Virus record (IMG/VR): IMGVR_UViG_3300032053_000002
Location: 228,724-292,723 of that record
DNA: 64,000 nt
Strand: one strand, 5' to 3'
The notes beneath the pieces were generated by a model that saw only the letters and a list, made by a program, of their open reading frames with translations, made no database searches and was not told the DNA's origin. The translations under genes and the position numbers were made by a program. Of the stretch, positions 58,417 through 64,000 are shown one piece after another. The stretch's first letter is position 1. Each line of letters opens with the position of its first letter.

Positions 58417-59307
58417 TTAAAATTGTTCATCTAATCTATTTAATAACCACAATTTTAGAGTCGCCAAATCAGTAGTTATACTTCCACCCTGACCCACGAT
58501 TGTATCTATTTGCGCTTCCGAAATTCTAAATTGTCGTCTAAACACCGGTCTTTCAACCGCCCGTGCAACTTCTCTTTTGAAAACTTGCAAAACATCTTGG
58601 CGGGTAATACTCATTGTAATAATTTTATTAGTCGTGTCGTGAGCAGTTACCGTGCCGCGATTTCCCTTTACAATATCTTCTGCTCGTTTCGGTTCAACAT
58701 TAGCAAAAGCAGAATAATCAACTTCCACCATATGAATTCCGCCAGCTTGCGTATAACTGGTTTCGTTAAAAACCAATTGACCTGTCGCAAATCCCCAGAA
58801 TCCTTGCGATTGCAATGCACCCGGATTGTTACTTCCATCTTTGAAAATGGCGACATCAAAAGTAACGGAATTGTTGCCAAAAGTAACTACTGAACCATTC
58901 CACTTGGTGATAAAACTTTCAACTTGAGCACGAGTTATTCCTGCTTTCCCACCAGGATAGTTGGTAGAAGCCGCACCGGCATTTGTTGCATAAAATCGTA
59001 GACGCCAACCGTCAATCGTTAAGTTCTGATTGACCACCTCATAATCAATTTTTTTGTCCCACGATTGGTCTAATCGATTTGCACCAAAATCGGTTTGTAT
59101 CATTGCGTTTATTTCGGCGACTGTTGTACCGGGAATATTGACGTGAACGAAATATGGTAGCCATTCTTTACTGCCCCATACTGCGCCGTCATCTTTCATG
59201 ATAACTGGATACCCCTTTTTATAAACCCCCTGTTCATCTTTTTCAGGATCGGGATGAACGTAAATACCATTCGCATGATATTCGGTTTTGAATAAAATCT
59301 CTGCCAT
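58417..59307 (-). CDS. Hypothetical protein
   Basis: 296 aa, AAGGAG RBS. Confidence 0.7.
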   Translation of the reverse strand: MAEILFKTEYHANGIYVHPDPEKDEQGVYKKGYPVIMKDDGAVWGSKEWLPYFVHVNIPGTTVAEINAMIQTDFGANRLDQSWDKKIDYEVVNQNLTIDGWRLRFYATNAGAASTNYPGGKAGITRAQVESFITKWNGSVVTFGNNSVTFDVAIFKDGSNNPGALQSQGFWGFATGQLVFNETSYTQAGGIHMVEVDYSAFANVEPKRAEDIVKGNRGTVTAHDTTNKIITMSITRQDVLQVFKREVARAVERPVFRRQFRISEAQIDTIVGQGGSITTDLATLKLWLLNRLDEQF

Positions 59308-59334
59308 TGTTAAATCTCCTTTTTGTTTATTTCA

Positions 59335-59342
59335 TATAAATA
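59335..59342 (-). promoter_or_regulatory. Candidate late-promoter octamer TATTTATA
   Basis: 27 nt upstream of 59307. Confidence 0.55.
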
Positions 59343-59345
59343 TAA

Positions 59346-60083
59346 TTATTTATCATCAACCCAATCAACATACATAACTTGCGCGATTGACGTTGACATA
59401 TAAAATCTTGTATATGAATCATTGTAATATCCATTATCAATCCATGTCTCATATCTAAATTCTTCGGTGGAAACCGACGTAGAGTACGCGGCGACTAACG
59501 TACTATCAATATAAAAAGATGCGGTGCCGTTGTATCGTCTTGTTTCATATGTGTGCCATTCACTCAGGTCATATCCAACTATCGTTTCATTAAAACTGGG
59601 TGCTCCATTATTAATAACCTGAGCTCTAAGTCCACGCATAAGCACCGTGTTTTTTAGACCGCCGTACCAAAACCAAATAACATCCGCCGAGCCCATATTT
59701 ACGTTCCACATTCCGGCTCCCCATGTGCCACTCGGAGCAGTAGTATTCAATCTCATATTAAATTTGGCGATATTGTTTCCATTTCTATCGGTCGCATCTT
59801 CATGAAAAGACGCATCGTGATAGCCGGCATCGCTTGATATTACCGGAATCCCGGCTTCCACGACTGACTTATATTTTCCATCAACCGTTACAGGACAAAT
59901 AAAATAATTATTTCCCTGCGAATAACTCCATTCCCAAACACTTGACTCATAAAAGAAATGGTCGAATCGCGGTATATCTATTTCTTCTCGCATCTTAAAT
60001 ACATTTAGCCAATTATTATTTTTGCTCCGTATTTTGAATGTATTGGTATTTCCGATTCTATTACTAATTGATAATGTTACCAT
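59346..60083 (-). CDS. GH16/ConA-like beta-sandwich protein
   Basis: KFNMRL...WGAGMW...WHTYETRRYNGTASFYIDSTLV...MYVDWV. Confidence 0.6.
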   Translation of the reverse strand: MVTLSISNRIGNTNTFKIRSKNNNWLNVFKMREEIDIPRFDHFFYESSVWEWSYSQGNNYFICPVTVDGKYKSVVEAGIPVISSDAGYHDASFHEDATDRNGNNIAKFNMRLNTTAPSGTWGAGMWNVNMGSADVIWFWYGGLKNTVLMRGLRAQVINNGAPSFNETIVGYDLSEWHTYETRRYNGTASFYIDSTLVAAYSTSVSTEEFRYETWIDNGYYNDSYTRFYMSTSIAQVMYVDWVDDK

Positions 60084-60093
60084 TTTTTACTCC

Positions 60094-62049
60094 TTAAAAT
60101 CTAATTTTAATTCTTGCGCCTAATCCTCTGAATAATATTCTATTGGCTGTCGCCGTATATTCATCCGCTTCATACGCACCGATGTCCCAACTTGCGCCAA
60201 TCGGGCGACTTCTTCCGGCAATATCAGTCGTAAATGATATATACGCATCATTTGATAAATCGGCACCTTTGTCTTTTGCAGCGGTATCAGTGGATGATAG
60301 CCTGAAATCCCCGCTTCCAGAATCCTGAAATTGAACCATACTTCCTGAATAAGCGTAACTTCCAGGAGCCGTATTATCGTTTGAAATATTATTAATAGAA
60401 TCATCAGAAATACCAAGATAATTCTCTCCCATTGTATTCTGAACTATAATATTTTTACAAGTAGCCGTTCCACTAGTTCGTCGCACTCCATAAAATCCAC
60501 CTATTACGGTACAATTATAAATTTTTGCGGATGTACCTCCAAAATTAATTTGACGATTGTTATTATTATTAAGAGCACTATTCATATTATAAAGAATAGA
60601 ATTAAAAACTTTTAAATTTATATTGTCATTTTCTTCAGCGGTAATACTTCTACCCCAATATGTAGTATCGTTATGGTGCTTACAAATTAAACTTTCCAAC
60701 CAAATTTCATTAGATACACCCTGACTAGATATATAAACATTGTTTCTCCCATTGCCCGTTGGTGAACTTGTTTCCATTTGAATACCTATTACTTTAACAT
60801 AATCATCTAATATAGCCATACAAGAATCGTCGGTGATAGAAATTCTATACTTATTGGTATTCCATATTCCAGAATGGCGATTGCTTCCAGAAGTATAAAT
60901 TTTTATATAGTTTGTCGCCGATGTGTCCCATCCATTGATAGTAGTTCCGGCCGTATCAGCCGCTCCGTTTGTTGCTCTACATTCTGCAATAGCAATTTTA
61001 TTACTAGCTGTCAGATTTGTTTGTTCACCACTTTCCCAAGTTGCTAAAGTGGAATAGTGCCCAGTTCCTCCGGTATCAACTATTCTTGCGCTTTCGGTTA
61101 CGTGGAAGGCACCGATGTCCCAGTTCTGCGTACCGCGACTAGTTCCTAAAATATCTGTACTGAAAGAACAATTAGCGTCCGCATAAAGTGGAGTACCGTT
61201 CATACTTGCAGAATAATCATACGGCGACAACCTAAAGTCGCAACTGGCAGAGTTTATAAATAAAACCGTTGTACTTCCAGAATATGCATAACTTCCGGGA
61301 GCAGTATTGTCTTTACTTATATTATTAGCAGAATATGTCGAAAATGTACCCACATAATCATTAGTATTTCCGTAACATAAATTGTTTTTAGAGACAACAA
61401 CATTAGAATATCCCGCCGACGATAAAATACCCGTCGAACAACTTATAATTGTATTATTATATATGTAAAAGGGATTCGAAGTCCATACTGCGATACCACC
61501 ACAATCAGTACCTCTCCAGTTATATAATATATTATTATAAATATAATAAGTTTTTCCACTTCCATCAGAATATCCCTGAATTCCATCAGAATATTGCGAC
61601 GTTGCAGTTGTTCCTCTTATAATAGCGTTTGATACAGAATTAATTCCAGATTCGCCAGACGAATCTCTAAATTCAATCGCGCTATCATGATAACCAGTAG
61701 CACTTTTACTTATCTGTATTCCGTCAATCCTAACATTGCCGCCTACATTTATATAAACTGTTGCACCATTACTTCCATCAGTTTGCAATCTGTATTTGGT
61801 ATCATCCCAAAATCCGTTATGTTTGTCGCTACCAGTACACGCAATTTTTATATAATTCCCCGCAGCAGTTGTCCATCCGCTTATATAAACATCCAACGCA
61901 TCTGCACTACCATTAGAAGATTTACAATAAACGGTATGAATACATCCTTCACCAACTGTAAGATTGGTTTGTTCTGTACTTTCCCAAGTTGTTAAATTAG
62001 TATAATTTCCTGTTCCGCCGGTATCAACCAGCGACATACTTACTGACAT
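60094..62049 (-). CDS. Tandem double beta-helix protein (putative depolymerase/adhesin)
   Basis: Two copies of VDTGGTGxYxxLxTWES...WDIGA(F/Y). Confidence 0.72.
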   Translation of the reverse strand: MSVSMSLVDTGGTGNYTNLTTWESTEQTNLTVGEGCIHTVYCKSSNGSADALDVYISGWTTAAGNYIKIACTGSDKHNGFWDDTKYRLQTDGSNGATVYINVGGNVRIDGIQISKSATGYHDSAIEFRDSSGESGINSVSNAIIRGTTATSQYSDGIQGYSDGSGKTYYIYNNILYNWRGTDCGGIAVWTSNPFYIYNNTIISCSTGILSSAGYSNVVVSKNNLCYGNTNDYVGTFSTYSANNISKDNTAPGSYAYSGSTTVLFINSASCDFRLSPYDYSASMNGTPLYADANCSFSTDILGTSRGTQNWDIGAFHVTESARIVDTGGTGHYSTLATWESGEQTNLTASNKIAIAECRATNGAADTAGTTINGWDTSATNYIKIYTSGSNRHSGIWNTNKYRISITDDSCMAILDDYVKVIGIQMETSSPTGNGRNNVYISSQGVSNEIWLESLICKHHNDTTYWGRSITAEENDNINLKVFNSILYNMNSALNNNNNRQINFGGTSAKIYNCTVIGGFYGVRRTSGTATCKNIIVQNTMGENYLGISDDSINNISNDNTAPGSYAYSGSMVQFQDSGSGDFRLSSTDTAAKDKGADLSNDAYISFTTDIAGRSRPIGASWDIGAYEADEYTATANRILFRGLGARIKIRF

Positions 62050-63348
62050 TTATAAATCTCCCCCCTCCCAATCATCACCGGCAAAATTTACATTTCCTGC
62101 AGCGTTATACAGATTAACACCAACTCCTCTATATGTTCCTGGAAAAGCACTACCAGTATCGGTATAACTTCCAACTTGAACGTCATTTATGTATGCGTAT
62201 AAAATGCTACCATCGACAGATAATTTAATAGTATCATTCGCAACAATTGTATCAACTGAAAAAGATGCAAGTTGAGAATATGTTGTATTGTTAGAACATT
62301 TATATATTCTTACATTACTCGTAGACGCTATTGCCAACGCATAAAAATAACTCGGAGCATCTAAATTCATTCTAACAATTACTGATTGCCATAAAACAGA
62401 GCCTACTACTTTTAATTTACTATAATGGTCGCCAGTATTGCATGGAATAGTATAATAAGAAACGGTATCTTCACCTGTTTCAGAAGTTGATATTCTATTA
62501 TTTAATAATTGAACCCCGCTCCATAATGTACCCGCCGCCCAACTTCCACTTAAAGGATTTTGATTACCACGATTAAAATCATCAGAAAAATACATCTTTT
62601 TCGTAATGGGTTGGGTATTAAATGTCGCTAAATGATGTATCGGTTTCCGCGACATTATTAAATAATTTTGATTTGTAGATTTTCTGCCAAATTTAGCAAG
62701 ACGAGAAGAAATCGCGGCTCTAAACGCAGCTATTGCTCCGACTTTGCGACAAGTCTCCGTGGTAGTCCATTTAGGATCAACAGTATCGCCACCTATTAAA
62801 TATGCCATCGTACCACTCATATCATTACCGTTATATTGACTGGTAGCTATACTAAAATTATCATCAATGGTCGGTTGTTCATTTGTACTGTACCCATCAG
62901 AATATAAACATATCAGTAAACTGCCGGCTTCAGATGGAGTAAAACTCGGTAATTGGATAGAAACATTTGCACTAGAACTTATACTGCCACTTTCTCTGTC
63001 AAATACGGTTTCATCGGTACGGCTACCTTTCCACGCACTTACCGTTATGGTTTTATAACTTTGACCTGATGTAAGTGTAAAAGTATGGTCAGACCCAACA
63101 CTCAATGCACTACCACTAACATCATACGAATAAAATATTTGGGCACCGCCAGCTTGAGCGGTATCCAAATATCTATTAAGTCCATACCATGTATTTCCTT
63201 TATTATCAGAAATGCTTCCGCTTTGTTCTCTCCAACAATGACTTCCGACAACCAATAAAGTAGCATCGGTAGTATCTATTGTAGTTCTAACCGGCGAGCC
63301 GACACTATTGGTCAACGCGCCGCTTGCTGTTATAAAAGTTATTACCAT
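62050..63348 (-). CDS. Two-module appendage protein (C-terminal ConA-like)
   Basis: C-terminal FSDDFNR...TIKLSVDGSILYAYIND...GVGV...DDWEGG. Confidence 0.62.
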   Translation of the reverse strand: MVITFITASGALTNSVGSPVRTTIDTTDATLLVVGSHCWREQSGSISDNKGNTWYGLNRYLDTAQAGGAQIFYSYDVSGSALSVGSDHTFTLTSGQSYKTITVSAWKGSRTDETVFDRESGSISSSANVSIQLPSFTPSEAGSLLICLYSDGYSTNEQPTIDDNFSIATSQYNGNDMSGTMAYLIGGDTVDPKWTTTETCRKVGAIAAFRAAISSRLAKFGRKSTNQNYLIMSRKPIHHLATFNTQPITKKMYFSDDFNRGNQNPLSGSWAAGTLWSGVQLLNNRISTSETGEDTVSYYTIPCNTGDHYSKLKVVGSVLWQSVIVRMNLDAPSYFYALAIASTSNVRIYKCSNNTTYSQLASFSVDTIVANDTIKLSVDGSILYAYINDVQVGSYTDTGSAFPGTYRGVGVNLYNAAGNVNFAGDDWEGGDL

Positions 63349-63366
63349 ATTAAATCCCGACTTATT

Positions 63367-63999
63367 TTAAGCAATATTTACTGATTTACTTGTAATCACA
63401 TTAAAAGTCAAATCTTGCGCCGCATTTGTGGTACTTACCAGAATCCTTAATCTATCATATTGTGCTAACGATTGGCTTAGCGTCATACTGCTCGAATACC
63501 ACATAGAATTGCTTACTGGAATTGGTTCTCCGAAAGATACTTCGTTGTGTTCCATCGTCACAGTTAATGAACCGCTAATCGTTTTCGCTCTTACTGAATA
63601 TAAATTCATACTATCTGGAATTATTACTCGAGGCGAATGAAAGTCGGTAATAGTTCCGCGAACAACAAAAGGAATGTTTGAGTTAAATGTCGCCTTGAAT
63701 GGCGTATTACTTTGCGAATGTTGTAATAATCCGAAAGAACCGGTTTGTACTATTATTTCGGCAGCATTTACGTTGATATATCCGTAAGAACCTGTTTGTG
63801 AAACAACTAAACTCCCGGTAATATAAATATCATGAGTGGTCGCCATATAACTACCGGAATCAGACCATTTTCCATCTCCCGCCGCACCAGAGGTTCCGCT
63901 TGTTCCGCTACTACCTCCGGTTCCTGCGGTACCGCTACTACCACCCGTTCCCGCCGTACCCGAAGTTCCGCTACTACCACCGGTTCCGGCTGTACCGCT
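63367..63999 (-). CDS. Second collagen-like Gly-Thr-X fibre protein (partial, start outside window)
   Basis: Frame stays open upstream of ATG 63846: ...GTAGTGGSSGTSGTSGAAGDGKWSDSGSYMATTHDIYITGSL, paralogous to 45478..47229. Confidence 0.8.
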   Translation of the reverse strand, partial: SGTAGTGGSSGTSGTAGTGGSSGTAGTGGSSGTSGTSGAAGDGKWSDSGSYMATTHDIYITGSLVVSQTGSYGYINVNAAEIIVQTGSFGLLQHSQSNTPFKATFNSNIPFVVRGTITDFHSPRVIIPDSMNLYSVRAKTISGSLTVTMEHNEVSFGEPIPVSNSMWYSSSMTLSQSLAQYDRLRILVSTTNAAQDLTFNVITSKSVNIA

Positions 64000-64000
64000 C

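Noticed and set aside
7297-59342. TATAAATA on the + strand as T4-type late promoters driving antisense RNA
   Set aside because: Spacing tracks the minus-strand start codons, and the motif flips for the + strand kamA gene, so the sense motif is TATTTATA.
56767-62049. Duplicated fibre segments as a possible DGR template/variable repeat pair
   Set aside because: No reverse transcriptase in the window; both copies are coding and I see no adenine-specific mismatch pattern.
1-64000. Stop-codon reassignment, as seen in some large phages
   Set aside because: Core genes (MCP, portal, terminase, tape measure) are full length in the standard code and coding density is high.
1-64000. tRNA or other structured RNA genes
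   Set aside because: Intergenic gaps are short and AT-rich, and I saw no cloverleaf or T-loop signature; a tRNAscan/Infernal run would be needed to exclude them formally.

Overview
This is a 64-kb, AT-rich, gene-dense fragment of a large T4-like tailed phage of the bS21-carrying type. Nearly every real gene is on the minus strand. In transcription order (high to low coordinates) it holds: an array of more than 19 kb of tail-fibre/appendage genes (Gly-Thr-X collagen-like, LamG/ConA, beta-propeller and beta-helix modules); an 895-aa ParB + HIGH-nucleotidyltransferase + ligase-like fusion; holin/spanin-like membrane genes; the large terminase; a portal with two inteins; prohead protease surrounded by about 25 small genes, many sharing an MKKSELxxIIxEE-type leader; ribosomal protein bS21; scaffold; and major capsid protein. 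Next comes an accessory island with sigma70 promoters, cspA, a Tyr-rich lipoprotein and the only plus-strand gene, a KamA-type lysine 2,3-aminomutase. The window ends with tail tube, a gp26-like chaperone with an apparent programmed frameshift, tape measure and baseplate genes. There are four free-standing homing-endonuclease-like genes. The strongest unexplained pattern is the set of unrelated payload modules carrying a shared leader around the prohead protease, some fused into polyproteins. I infer this is a capsid-targeting and injection cargo system. All functional calls come from motif recognition by eye; no database searches were run.
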